A stretch of DNA of 59,933 nucleotides, filler included, from Sphacelaria rigidula (GCA_964200075.2; 10 parts of 10 records of this genome joined end to end with filler, not necessarily neighbours in it); one strand, 5' to 3'. Counted from the whole stretch's first letter, positions 36,520 to 50,050 are shown. Numbers and translations are program-made. Notes: generated by a model not told the origin, from the letters alone.

Positions 36520-37720
36520 CACACGTCAGTCTACTCAACTCAGCTTACCAAGACTTGACTCTTTTTGACATAACTCACCCGTACGTTATAGCAGCATCAC
36601 TCAGCGATACAAAATCTGGCCAGGTGAGTTATATAAACCATAACTCAGTTATGCACATTTTGGCCCGGTGAGTTATATAAACCATAACTCAGTGATGCAT
36701 ATCTCGGGCAGGTGAGTTATAAACTATAACTCAGTTATGCATATCGTGGTCAAGGGAGTTATATACTATAGCTTAGGTATGCACATTTCGGCCCGGTGAG
36801 TTATGAACTATACCTCATTTATGCATATATATCTTGGTCATTTGAGCTATATATTATAACTCAGTGGTGCCCATTCTGGCCGGGTGAGTTATAAAGGATG
36901 ACTCATCGACGCATATCTTGGGCAGGTGAGTTGTAGAAGATAACTCAGCGATGCACGTTCTGGCCGGGCGAATTAATTGTAGAATGAAAATCAAAGAAAA
37001 AAAAACGAAGAATAAAAAAAATGATTTGGAGCAGCTCAGTTATGTGTTCTGAGTTCTCTCGAAAGGGATGCGTGGTCAACGGTCAGAAGACTCAGGCAAG
37101 CAACAAATAAGTACGCTCCCCCCCCCCCCCGCCCCCCCCCGCCCCCAGAAAACAAACCGTAAGAAACGGCCTGATTTTGGCATTTTTTTCTCGTAAAATA
37201 ATGTACGTGTTTTCATCTTACATCTGCGGCAGTATTGATATATATATATACATATTCATACATATATATTTCGAGGCTTCTCACACTACGTGTACCAGCA
37301 GACGTGTCACGTAATCACGCGTTTCCTCTTCCATAAGTGACTAGTGTCGACAATTGTATTCTGCGTGTTTTCGGCCGGGTCGGTTGTTCTTCATAACTCC
37401 TTTTCCAATGACTCACCAATGAGTCATAGCAGCGTCACTCAGCGGTGCCCATTCTGGACGGGTGAGTTATAAACTAGAATTCAGTTATGCAAAATCTGTC
37501 CCGGTGGGTTATAAACTATAACTCAGTTATGCATATCTTGATCAGGTGAGTTATACACTATAACTCAGCGGTGCACATTCTGGCTGGGTGAGTTGTAGAA
37601 GATAAATCATCGATGCATATCTTGGTCAAGTGAGTTAGACAGTATAACTCAGCGGTGCATCTTCTGGCCGGGTGAGTTATACGGCATGACTGAGTTAACT
37701 CATGTGTTGTCCGACATGTG
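36520..37720. mobile_element. Non-autonomous TIR element with degenerate 8-bp TSD and internal arrays of 42-44-bp palindromic repeats
   Basis: Ends CACACGTCAGTCTACTCA and TGTGTTGTCCGACATGTG (13/18 inverted match). Flanks are AAACCTTC and AGACTTTC. Arrays at ~36580-36970 and ~37420-37700 are built on TGAGTTATA-AAC-TATAACTCA. Confidence 0.7.
37057..37146 (+). mobile_element. LINE family C 3' terminus with poly(C), inside the TIR element
   Basis: TCTCGAAAGGGATGCGTGGTCAACGGTCAGAAGACTCAGGCAAGCAACAAATAAGTACGCT followed by a C run. Confidence 0.8.
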
Positions 37721-38054
37721 AGACTTTCTGACGGTTAGGTTGTGGGTTCGAATTTGGGAGCGATCTGGGATTCTTTCTTACACAATGCCCAACAGTGGAG
37801 AGCGACTACGTCGTGAGTACACGAAATTCGACTTCGTGGTCGACGAGGGAAAGGGACTGCCGGATCCCTCTCGCAATAACAAATAAAGGCAAGCACCGCA
37901 GGAGGAAGGTGGAGAGTAGAACTAAACAAAAATAAAAATAAAAGTTCTGTGTTCACCTTTATCCTGTGTGATCCCGGCTGGTGCGCCGACATACACCGAA
38001 AGGTGTAGACCGGCGTCCTGAAGAGGTGGGACGACGACACACACACATGCACAC

Positions 38055-38425
38055 AGTACGCAAACCCCACCCAGAACGCTATCGTATACACCTGGACCTC
38101 AAATACGAGAGTTTCGACAGGCGAGCATTTCCTGGAACTGCGAATATCGTCGTGTTTAGTCCCCAGACCTCGCCCAGGACGTGATCATATACACCTTGAG
38201 GTCAAATGGGAGTCGACAGGCGAATATTTCCTGGGACCGCGAATATCGTCACGTATAGTCCGCAAAGCTTACCCAGATTGTCATCATGTAAGCCTGGAGC
38301 TCAAGTGGGAGATCTTGGACTGGCGAATATTTCCCGGAAAAGCGAATATTGTGAGGTTCAGTCCTCAGACCTCGCCCAGAATGTGATCATACACGCCTTG
38401 AGCATGGGAATGTTTTGGCAGGCGA
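38055..38425. repeat. 103-bp satellite, right part
   Basis: Same unit as 36079-36476, resuming approximately in register (AGTACGCAAACCCCACCCAGAACG..) right after the SINE tail. Confidence 0.85.
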
Positions 38426-39465
38426 AGATTTGGTCACGAGGGGAATATTGGCCTCTTGTCATGCCGCCTAAGACCCGTCAATATGACTGGCTTATACTTC
38501 ATGCAGGCTAGTTCAAAACTGCAGGTCCCTCGAGTGTGAACTTGTATATGGCAGAGATGGTAATACCTTGGATGTGTCTTTGCACATCCAAGCCACCTGC
38601 CTCACTACCATCTACTCCCCTCTCCCAGTAAAGAAGTCTAACACTGGAGAGACTGATTGATTGAGCGTGAGAGATTGGATGGGGGGATTGGATTGAGTTA
38701 TTGGATTGAGAGATTGGATACTGTAAGCTTGAGACCAAACAATCAACAAGAAGATATTATCTACCTACGCGTGACATTTTAATACATTTCGGACACATCT
38801 GTGTGAGGTGGTAAAAAGTGTGTGAACGTACACTGGACAGTACGTGTGTCTTGTTGTCTGGTCTGGTTGTTCAGTCTGTTGACTGGCCCCTTGCCTTGCC
38901 TAGTGAGGCTTGAGAAGAAAATACGCCGTGCGTTGAGTTGGTAGTGATGAGATGGATAATGACTAGGGGCACGGAGATTCTGGAGGGTTCTGAATAATGG
39001 TCGGGGACACGGAGATGGTAACTGCATAGAAAGCCGGTGCCCTTCCAGGGCACTTCTGAATATTGAGAATGTTGTAGAGGCTGACAACTGAAACTGAGGC
39101 CAGTAAGACTGGGGAGCCCCTCAACAGCAGTGATGCAACAGTACTTCCACTGGCTGGCATCACAATATCGATATTAGTGCTAGTACTAGTGCTAAAAATC
39201 TGCTGGAAAGGATTTCGGCTGAGTGATTCTGGCAGTTGAGGACAACCTAACATCACGGACGCGTGACGGGGGTTCAAGCTGGTGGTGGCCGCAGAAACGC
39301 GGCTGGCCTGTGATTGATCCAGGCTGGAGGCTTGCTGAAGCTGCGTGCAGCGGGAGTTTGGAGGCTCCTACAACTGTGTGGTGCGGCGACGAGGCAAGGA
39401 AAGTGCAATTCGAGAAGGTCCGCTGGCCTGCAGAGGTTTGCAGGTAACCGGTTACAGCTACAGCT

Positions 39466-41240
39466 ATGGCCACCGGCTCACGAGGTACGTCCACCGTGAC
39501 ACCCGTTGTTACGCAGAAAGAGTTGTGTCCTCCCCAGTACGGGGATAGGTACTCAGAGAGTGTATCTCGCACTTTTATCACGAAGTACTTCAAGTACAAG
39601 AAGCGTGTGAAGCATGCTAACGCGGGGGGTGCTGTGAGGCATCAGGTGGTGCCAATGGCTCAACAAGTGCCAACTTATGTGCAGAGAGCGTTTGCTCGTT
39701 TGGAGCATAAGAAGATCACACTCCCCCCGCCGCAATTGGTTGCGGCGATAAAAAAGCATGCTGGATATGCGGTGGGCAGTTGCCACTGTTGTGGCCAGGT
39801 CAGTCATTACGCGCGCGATTGCCCAACGTCTTCCGGTGGAGAGTCTGGGTAGTCTCATGCCACGCGCCATCAGCATCGTCAGCACAAGGGCAATAGACGA
39901 GGTATCGTGATGGCGGCGGCGGATCCTCCGGCGATGGAGGGTCGCAGGCGAGCCCGCAGCAGCAACAGCAACAGCAACAGCAGGGGCAGCGGCGTCAGCA
40001 TGGGCCAGGTTATGGGTCCGGCGCCGCCGTAGGTGCTGCTGCTCCGCAACGGGTGGTACAGGTGGGACCGACATGTACAGTGTCGAACACTGCGTCGGCG
40101 CCACCACCGGCACCGGCGGCGACACCGGCAGCAGCGCCAGGCGCGACGCCTGCTGGCGCGCTGACCGGAGGTTCGCCAAATTCTTGGTCTGCTGGCTGGG
40201 GATCATACCCGCCGGCGGTGCCGCTTAAACCTGCCGGGGCGTCTTCGCCTGCGCAGCTTGCGCAGCCGTGGCGTCAAGTGGGAGTAGCGGCGCATCGGTC
40301 GGCCAATAAATTGCCAATGGAGTTTGCGGACAACTACGTTCCTGCGGAGCTGTGTCTCTCAAAACACCGGGAGCGTGGAGCCATTGCGGTCCAGACTAAG
40401 TGAGATTCTGGCGCCCACTTGACGGGTCATATGAGTCTGTCGGTACAGATTGCAGAGACGTTGAAGCGTCTTCTTTCGGGTGTGCCGCTGCGCATTCTGT
40501 TTTCGCTCGGGGCGCGGCAGGCCGTCACCGCGTCGGGTCAGCACCTTTACGTCACAGAGCGTACTGACCCGCTGCAGCTGACTTTGACGACTTCCTAGGG
40601 GCCGGCGCAGTTGCCTCCGATCTCGTTTGGGATCATGCCGGGGTTGGATGGCGTCATTTTTCTGGGGTTGCCGATGCTTCAGGATATTGGAGTCAACGCT
40701 CGGCGGTTGTGGGACGCCATGAAGACGCAGATGTCTCCGCCTGGTCCACGCTTGGAGACGCCCACCGTTTTGGGTAGTCGTCGCGTGAGCTTGTCGGTAG
40801 ATACTTTTCAGGAGGCTAGAGGGCAGGTGACCGAAGAGCGGGATGCGGCGGTGGAACGCTCGGTAGAGCGCGGCCCGGAAATGATGATGATTCCGGTGGA
40901 AGAGGAGTCCGCTCGGAAGGTCGCGCTGGAGGACAGCGTGTTGGATGCTGGGGCGACAGGCCTCAGCATCTCAAAACCGCAGCGCCTGCGTGGCATATTG
41001 CATTGCCGCGTCAACGCCTTTCGTCGTGCGCTGCGGGGTGACCCCCCTGCGCGCGTGGAGCCCATGCGTGTTCAGCCAAAACCTGGGGCGTCCGCGGTGA
41101 AGACGAAGCTGCGGTGGTACGATCCAGTGGAGTCGAGTTGGTTGGCATTGTGCATGGCGGCTCTTTTGGCGCTCGAGTTGGTGTTACGGAACATGTAGGC
41201 GGGGTGGTCCAGTCCAGATATGGCGTTTCCGAAGAAGGCT
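39466..41240 (+). mobile_element. Decayed Ty3/gypsy-like LTR retrotransposon gag-pol
   Basis: Gag-like ORF 39466-39852 carries a CCHC zinc knuckle CHCCGQVSHYARDC (39781-39822). An Ala/Pro-rich spacer follows, then a pre-RT region FRRALRGDPPARVEPMRVQPKPGASAVKTKLRWYDP...WSSPDMAFPKK. Stops and frameshifts are present. Confidence 0.8.
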
Positions 41241-44200
41241 GCATCGTGGACGGAGGGCAGACTGCCGATGTGAGCGGCAGCGAAGGATCTGGTGGCTCAT
41301 GCCGTGACGCGTTTTCATCCTCGTCCCGATTGTCAGGTGTTGATGTTTCCGTATGCATCTGAGTGCCATTAGGGTAGTTTGGTCATGCAGGTGCCTACAG
41401 TTGAAATTTAAATGCCTGAGCGCGCTGTGGCTGTGTATGGTCCGTGTGAACCTGATGACTCGATGCCGTCCAAATCTGTTGTCTGTCAAGCGCAACAAAA
41501 AGACCTTGGGGCCAAAGATGCGGATGTGTAATCTTTCGAGTCGGACGTTGGCACTGCTGTCTTGGACAATGAAGGTATGTTTCGTGTGCATGTGCGTGGC
41601 CGAAACGTTTTTTTTATTCCGAGTTTTGACAAGCACTTGCAGGTACAGTCGACCCCGCTTCAAGGACGCACATGGTTTTTCGGGGGGGAAAGCGTCCTAA
41701 AAGCGGGGTTTCATCCTTAAATTTCGGGGGACGATAGCTCACCATCCCCGGGTCCAACTGAGGCATGATGTAGCTTAAACGGTTCGTCTATTGATAGGGA
41801 AGCGTGCAGTATGAAAATTCAGCACCACAGAAACGACGAGCAACCCTTGTTGTTGTGTGACGGCGGATATTAGTCGCTTAAATAGAAGGCGTTCTCGATG
41901 TGCGTGATATGGGCAATAGGTCGTATNNNNNNNNNNNNNNNNNNNNNNNNNNNNNNNNNNNNNNNNNNNNTTAATTAATTAANNNNNNNNNNNNNNNNNN
42001 NNNNNNNNNNNNNNNNNNNNNNNNNNTTTTGTTTAAAGAGGGGGAGAAGCACAAGTATATTTTTTTGGGGGGTAGTCACACAAGGGCTTCTGGGGAGGGG
42101 GGGGGGGGGGGGGGGGGATTGGGGCACTCGCGTCAACCACATCCCTGTAAGGTTTCAGCCATAAATATGTCAAATTGGGCTTCGCGTCGCACGTTTTGTG
42201 CGACCCCGGTGATCAAACTGATACAACAGCCTCAAACTACACAGGTCACGAGTTCAAATCCCGACACGACAAAAACTTTTTTTGTGCATACTAATCGTGC
42301 ATAGTCTCTCGTACCTCTGGGTTGCAAACGGTAGACATTTTGGTGACGGTCTTCCTTCGGGGGGGAGTATAGCGCAGTTTCGAGTAGTACTTCTCCCTCG
42401 AGCGGTGATATACGACAGTTGGGTCAGAGGTTCTCTCCCATGATGGAGCTTATGACGAGCTTGATGCCATATCGCAGCAGTACCAGTGTGCTCCTACCTG
42501 GGCATGTCGGGTGTGCGTGTGCCTATGCGGCGCAACGGTTTCGTAATTCCCCCGCATTTTGTGAAACGAAACGTTTCCAGATACGCTGTCACGCAACGAC
42601 TAGAGACGTACTCGGTACTTACTGCAGTACAACAACATCATCGCCAAATCTGCGTCAATCAAGCAGCGGCGGTGCCGTGTGTTACCAGGTTCGTCTGCAG
42701 TTCACAGCTACATGCTCAAGTCGTGCTGATTTGGGAAATTTGAGAAGCTGTGGTGCGGAGAGAGAATGTGGGATTTGCTGCCGGCCCAGCTCGTAGCGCG
42801 ATCTCCCTCACTCAGCTGCATGGCGGTGTATAAAACCCCATATACCTGAATCTAAACTGACAGGCATCCACATTGTATAGCCATACGTGTAGCTCATGCC
42901 ACCGCGCTAACTCTGTATGATGTAGGCCACCACACGTATCTGCACGGTATGGCCCTGTCCTGGACGGTATTGTAGAGTCCAGCATAGCACCACACCGTGC
43001 GTATTGTTGTGGCGATGTCCCTACTACTGTATATCCCGATGTTCTTGTCATTATTTTTGGTCAGCACGGGACGACGGGGTTTTCAGGACTGCCGTGTAGA
43101 CCCTAGGAAGGTGTATGCCGTAATCTCACCATTACCACAGCTGAGCTCAGCTGTGTGGACATACACCCGCAGTCAGTGTATGGGATTTGCAAGCAGCACA
43201 TGCTGTAGAAAGTTCCCTTTTAGCCCCATATGACATGTGAGTCGGGGGGCAAATTGATGGGTTTTCATCAATTGCTTGTGTCTCTCGAATCCCATACACG
43301 GATTACGGTACAGTATGTGGGACTTGCACAGCTGAGGCTGTTCGCAATTGGTTCTCTTTTTGCCCAACTTATGGATGAATCGGCGGGCAAAGTGACGATT
43401 TATTTCGAGCAGCTTCTGCTGTATAAATTCCAATTTTGCAAGTGTAAGGGATGTGTACAGCAGACGAACTAAATCCTCTTTTTGCTCAATGTTGGAAACT
43501 GGGCAGAAAGAGCATTTAGTTCGAATAGCTTCTGTTGAATAAAAATTCCACAGATATTGTAACAAAAATAATTTATAATTTTCAGATCGGGAGTGCCTCC
43601 ACAGGGTTGGTCACAGTGAGGGTCGAGAAAACGCTATAAAAAACGCTGGTAAAGGTACTAGGGTTTGCAAATACTGTACAGGGTTGCCGAACCTTGTTGA
43701 GGTGTCTTACAGGGTGATATCTGTCCACGTGTGTGCGACGCTGCTCTTGAAGGATGATTGCCTGCCTGTTCTTCGACAACATCTCTGCACAAAATGACTT
43801 TCCGTCTACACAACAATGTCAAAATATCTTTGAATCCATAATGTGGCACACATGGATCCGAGTTTCGCGAATCTGAGTCCCCCCCCCCCCCCGACTTGGC
43901 ACAGATGGAGTTCCCGCGACATTCGGGATTGATGCCCAGAAAAAGTGGTCACATGGTCTGAAAAAAGTCACTGAGAAGAATCGTTTTGTCAATTTCCAAG
44001 AAAAAAAAATCAGAACGCGATCTTATGGGGCCATTTTCCATGGAAAAAATCTCTGGAAACTGCGAGCCTGTTTCAGATGGCGAGATTTTTCCGAATGTCG
44101 CTCAGAAAAGCTGTCAGTTCTCAGTGAAATCAAACTGTCTGAAAAGCGACGTTCCATCAGTCCTCGCACACCACACCCGCAATGGTACAGTCAGTGCTCC

Positions 44201-44820
44201 GTTACACACTCCTCGCACACAAGTGTAGTGCAGTCGGTGCAAAAGTAGTTATGCATGTTGTATGTACAGTACCGTAGCAGCAGCGTAGCTGCTGCAGCAC
44301 TCTGTGCATCCTCTTCATGAAGGTAGGATCAGGGGCAGACAAAACAGTGTAGTGCTTTTTCGCCGGCAGCGTTACTACTAAAAATCGCACGATGTCACCC
44401 CCGCTGGCTGTATTGACTGCTCGTATCCCCGGTTATGAACTCTGTAGTATTTTGTGTACTGGATACGGTTGGTACCGCACTACTGACTGCCACGTGAGTT
44501 TGTTGTGTGCGGCATGGCACAAACCGTACTGCTGCACACTGCACCGCTTGCGACACTAGTACTATACCAAGCGGCGGTCGGCTGAAGTAAGCGTTAATAC
44601 GCCTGTCATTTCGATCCCTATCATACCAGTGGTAACTGTGTGCAGACGTGTGTGTGTGTGCTGCCATCCTATTTATCCTGTACCTGGACGGGATTACGTG
44701 TTGGTTTACGGCAGGTGACACAAGCACACGATGCAAATGATGACCACCACCACCTCCTGCACGCATGCGAGATGATGGCCTCGGGTGTACAAATCCCCTG
44801 GGTTTTTTTCATAGACTATG

Positions 44821-45052
44821 AGGTGGGGTTTTGAAAACTCACGTCTCTGAAAAAAGTCACCGAGAGAAGTCGCCCGCCCGAACTTTATTCAGTGACTTTT
44901 ATTACTCTAAACGAAGCGGCCTCAGCTTTTTCATGGACTAAAAGGTGAGGTTCTGAAAACTAACCTCTGTGAAAAAAGTCACCGAGAGAAGTCGTCCGCC
45001 CGAACTTTTTTCAGTGACTTTTTTGAGTCTAAAAGAAGCGGCCTCAGCTTTT
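44821..45052. repeat. Two tandem ~122-bp units, each with an internal hairpin
   Basis: Units start at 44821 and 44943. Each contains AAAAAAGTCACCGAGAGAAGT...AACTTT.TTCAGTGACTTTT. A related motif occurs at ~43957. Confidence 0.8.
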
Positions 45053-48000
45053 GAATTTCTGTGCGAGCTGGTTCAGTCTAGACGCGGATCTGTAGTTTGC
45101 AGGCCCCGCCTGACCTCAATTTTGAGAGTTTGACGTTCAAATTTGTGACGGAAAATTAACAGGGACAACGAGTTTATTCTTTCTTCGTGAGTTGACGGCA
45201 TTTTACTGAAAACTTTTTTCCGCACCATACAGGCTGAGCGGCCCAAGGCGTGGGCGGGAATGTGAACACGTGGTCATGCTCGCTCACTTTTGGGTCGTTC
45301 ACCATGAAATTTCGACACGATGTACAGGACGTATGTGCTAAGTCTCCTCCATCCCCGTCTCACATTTTTTTTTCGTGATTTGTTCACGATTTAGTTTCGA
45401 AAAACTATTCTGAGGCTACTTCTTACGTTTAAAAAGCCTTCATCTGATAAATGACCAAAAACCCACTTATTATGTGATCAGAAAACGCCTTTTCTGATGC
45501 GTTTTCTTATATATATATTTCTGATAACATTTTCCGATAGCCCAAAACGATCAGATAATCAGGATTTTCCGATAACCTCGGGCTAACGAAAACTGCTACC
45601 GAAAAAGCGCTCGAACACACCTTACAGCCCACGACAGCACCTGTGATGGCTTGGCTACCATCACTACTACTGCTGTCGCTGGTGCTCGCGGGCATTCAGC
45701 GTGTTGCATCATAGTCCTTCGCTCGCCAGTAGCGTGGTGGCCCTTTACTCCATGAGAGCAGCAGAGGGCAGGGTCGATGACGACTGCTGTACAGACAGGA
45801 CAGTCTATGCTGTATGTCGTCCGTGCAATATTGTAGCTCAGTTCAGGTCTGTGCACGCAGCATGTTGGGAACAGCTGTCGGACTGCTTTACAGACTGCCC
45901 ACGCACCCAAGCCTTGTAGAGACAGGACCGGACTGACGGTACACACAAGACTACTGTTACGGACGTCCCTGACCCCCCAAAATGGGCAAAAAAAGTGTCG
46001 GCGACCAAAATCACGAACAGACACGAACAGACCGACTTCTGGGGCATACCCAGGCTCGTGGGGTAAAATGTGCCTTGCGTCATCGGAAGAAAACGGCATG
46101 GATCCAAAATTCATATCGAGAAAGAGTGTACTGCATTCAAAAATCAAAACCCTACCGTCATTTCCGTTGTTGTTCCTCATATATTACATGCCACTTGATC
46201 GCTTTTCGTCCGCGCTTGCGATACCCTGGCATGCAAGGAGGCTGGTTGTGTCGAACAAACCGAACGCACACCGAGAACACTCGGGCAAGGACGGTACATA
46301 CATTCCCTGCAGAAAGTGAGGCCTTGGTAGACCCCAAACGAAAACGCATCGTGCGCAGCCGAGGAGCACACGGGACCGTCAGCCCTACTTGAATTCCGAT
46401 TCTCGTTGTACGCACTCAAATCAAGTAATATCAACTATGAACATTTGTAGCCCGACGCCGGTAAGTGAAACCAGGAAGGTGACGAACCATTTTTCGGGGG
46501 GGGATGCGGATCAAAGTTGGGTCAACATGATGTGCTCAACATGCGACAAAGTAGTATGTACTGATGGACTTCAACGAGGACGGCCCTAACACGGACAAGT
46601 GGAGTACAAATAGTCACCGGGTGTGTCATATGGGCTGGGCGGGTGTTGGTCCACCACCTCGTCATGGTTTGAGGAGCTCGATTTATCGGCTGCCATGATT
46701 CCACAGCTTTTGTCTGACGAATGACTCGCGTTCCAAAGTGTATTTGTTGTTCCGTGGGCACGACTTTTATTTTGATGAAAATGATATTGACTAGCTCTTT
46801 GACCGCGACGGTTGGTCACATGCTGAATCGGCATCATTTTTAACCTGAAAAAGTATGCATGGTCCAGATGGACTACCCTCGCTGTCTAGACTCCAAACAC
46901 ATTGTGTCGCAAGCACATTGTGTCGCAAGAGGGAATGAAAACAAACGATCGTCCCGTTACCCACCAGTACCGATACAACAGATGCGTGTCCTAGGATGGG
47001 TGGGTCCGCTGAAAGACATGAATGAAGCTTCGGTGCCATGTGACTTCAGCGGAAGTGGGCGGACGACTTTATGCTGTCTTTTGGGTCGTCTTGACGCAGT
47101 ATACTTCACCATTTGGGGGGGGTAAGTTGGTTCATCTTCATTTTTGTGTAGAAACTGAAATCTGGATCTTTCATAAGGGCTGTGTTCCTAGCATGCCCAT
47201 AACGCGTTTTTGTCTAAATCGGCGCCTGGGGCGCCGATATGAGCTCTGGCAACGCACCCTTTGCCAAGGCAACACGTTCAATTCCCTTACCCGAGGGTTC
47301 TCGGTATGCCTTCGTTGTGGTTAGGGTCAGGGCCAGTGTTATAGTTTGTTCTCTCCGTTGCTGCGAGGTCACGAAGATGATTCTAGCTTCTGGGGGTTCG
47401 GTCGAAGGTTCAAATTGTTCACCTGTCGAACATTCCACATATCTGATGTATCAACCATCAGCACTACCAACAGTCATTCGTGGGTATCATCTATTCTGAG
47501 GCCGTTAGACAGGGGTGAGGTTTTCGCGTTCTGTGGAGACCGGCGAGGGTTGGAGGCGCGTGTTTGCGATCATAGCCCAATTTGTCTTGGAGAATACTCA
47601 TCGCCACGGCCATCGATTGGGATGCGACTTTTTGCATCATTTGCGCCAAGACGACAGCTACAATTGTACCGGATGCATTTTTTTATTTCATCAGGATGTG
47701 AGTTTTATAACGAGTTGAGGGAAAAAAAACATGTTTTTTCGCCATTTTCTCGATCACCGTAACGTCTTTGGTAAAACCATCAGATCCGATTGTAGCTTGG
47801 ACAAATACACGCTGGTGAGTAGCCGAGCCACGCCGTGGTTCGTACTTTGGAACAAGAGAACTTCGAGACTGTGCAATGGAAACCCTACTCAAATTAAAAG
47901 TATTTTGAGGGATTTTGCGGCGTGCATAGNNNNNNNNNNNNNNNNNNNNNNNNNNNNNNNNNNNNNNNNNNNNTTAATTAATTAANNNNNNNNNNNNNNN

Positions 48001-49589
48001 NNNNNNNNNNNNNNNNNNNNNNNNNNNNNTTTCTCTCCCTTTCGGGCAATCAGGCAGAAGAAATCGTGAAGTTGGTGATTTTGAGTCGTGATGATTTGTG
48101 CTAACCGTTAAAGCTTTGTATGATCCTACTATTTCGCTCAGCGCCCAGTCAACATGCGGGTTCAAACAACTCGTGTTGTGTTCGTGTTGATAGCACCTCA
48201 ACCCCATTGGGTACCAGGCCCCGTCAGGTGGATCTACGGTGGGCCACGAAGAGGATGTGGAAAATGACTGCTGTGGTCAAACGATTACATAACTCAGGGG
48301 TCATATTTCTCGTCTTCCGCGATATCGATTGATTTGATGAGTTGACGTAGCACATCAACTGGTGTCAGGGGAATCCGGTCGTGGTCATCAGATAGATGTA
48401 CACAAGGTAGACGAAACAGGTTCAATTGCTAAAGGCAGCTAGAGAACGGGAGAAGGCGATGAAAGGAAGATAGAAAACACAGAAAAGAGGAAACTGCACG
48501 AGAACCAAGACATGAAATGAAACAGAAGAAAAACAAAGGGGGAGAGAGAGAAAAGGATGAGGAGAAAAAGAAGGGAACAAACAGCCGGTCACGATAAAAT
48601 TCATGTTAATGGGGACATGTGTGCTGTCACTGCGAGTATGTACCAGAATAACCTTGTTTTATTCCGGTAGTCTGGTAACAGCGAGGAATATTGTACCTTT
48701 GAGTTGCAGGACCTTACTCGTCCCCTCCCCTTCGCCTTTCCGTGCCCAGAACTGATGAAATAATTGATTGATCGGATATCAGCTGAAGAAGCACTCTCGA
48801 GTGCCTTTGCCTACAGCTATCTGCGTCAGCCGCAGGAATCGCCTAACACTCCGTCGATAGCCGTCAGCTGAACCGATATTTTCCTACGATATCCCCTGTC
48901 CGTGTGAGAGTGTAGGTGAGCCTCCAGGCGACTTCGTTATTCGACCGATGCTTAATTTTGTTTCGAGTCACCACACGTCGCTTCGACTTCCCCGACTCGC
49001 GGTCAACTGTTGGTGTCTGAAGACTGCACTTCGATTTTTCTACTGCAGTGCTTCACCACTGGAATAAACCTGCATTCAGAGGTCTGACGACGTGTGCCAA
49101 CTTGACTGCTTGGTTTTCGTTCCTGCCCCAACCCCCGCGCGTCTCTTCGGGGCTGAATCAACATTCGGGAATGCGGTTCTTGTTTTCTGAGATATACGAT
49201 ACCCCTCGGTGGCAGGCGGTATCGTTCGTACTCGAACCATCCTGCGGTAAGTGTTGTAATATTTCACTCTGAAGCTCCGGGTTTACGGGTGTGATTGATG
49301 TCCAACGAGACGCTCCCGTATGTCCATTTTCGCGGAGTAGAGTGTCATGAAATTACGGGCATGTTGGCGAAAATCACACGGCGACTCTTGACTGCCTCAA
49401 GCAACGTCGTACAGTGCCCATCTCGGGTAACGATTTGGCCCAACCCCCCTCCCCCCGGCCTCCGCTCCCGTGTGATGACTCACTTATACACGACAATGCA
49501 TCACTCACATGACCACCACCACCCTTGCCGAGCTCACGCGGCCGCTGAACGTCCTGTATACAAACCTTTGTTTTGGTGGTGGGTATCGT

Positions 49590-50050
49590 GTCCCAACTCT
49601 CGATATATCTTCCCCTGTATACCCGGGATATATCGTACTTATATCGCGGAGAATTGCGCGATATCTCGAGACCATATCGTATCTCATATCACGCGATTAT
49701 GTCGTGCATACTCCGCGATGTATTGTGCAATACTTGATATCGTAAGGGTATTGCGAAGATCTCGATACATCGCGGGATATGAATGATATATCGTACGATA
49801 CGTAATATATCCCGCGATATTTATAGTGCAATATCATGCACCGTACGATATATCGCCGGGTACGAGATACGATATGTGCATCATTTATGCGTGAAAACCA
49901 AGTTGATTGTAGATTCCAGACGTTTCGGTCAAGTTGGAGGCGACAATATATCCCAATACAGCATCCGATATCGTGCGATATCACGCCCAAGGATATATCG
50001 GATATCGTATCGATATCGCATGTCTTTCACAGCAGATATCGGATATCGCA
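49590..50050. repeat. GATATC/CGATAT-rich degenerate repeat element
   Basis: Dense recurrence of GATATC, CGATAT, ATATCG and GATATATC over ~450 bp, just upstream of an exon. Confidence 0.75.

Larger units (their letters stand above)
36483..38054 (+). mobile_element. Full-length tRNA-derived SINE family A, split by an insertion (36483-36519 plus 37729-38054)
   Basis: The A-box TGGCTCAGT lies left of the insertion and the B-box GGTTCGAAT right of it. The body matches the 12009 and 21524 copies and ends in a (CA)n tail. Confidence 0.8.

Noticed and set aside
36580..37700. CRISPR-like array of palindromic repeats
   Set aside because: The spacers are short and homologous to each other, there are no cas genes, the context is eukaryotic, and the array lies inside a TIR element.
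49049..49246. Possible exon (CAG...GTAAGT) upstream of the WD40 exon
   Set aside because: The open frame ends in phase 1 while the WD40 exon needs phase 2, and the peptide has no WD40 character.
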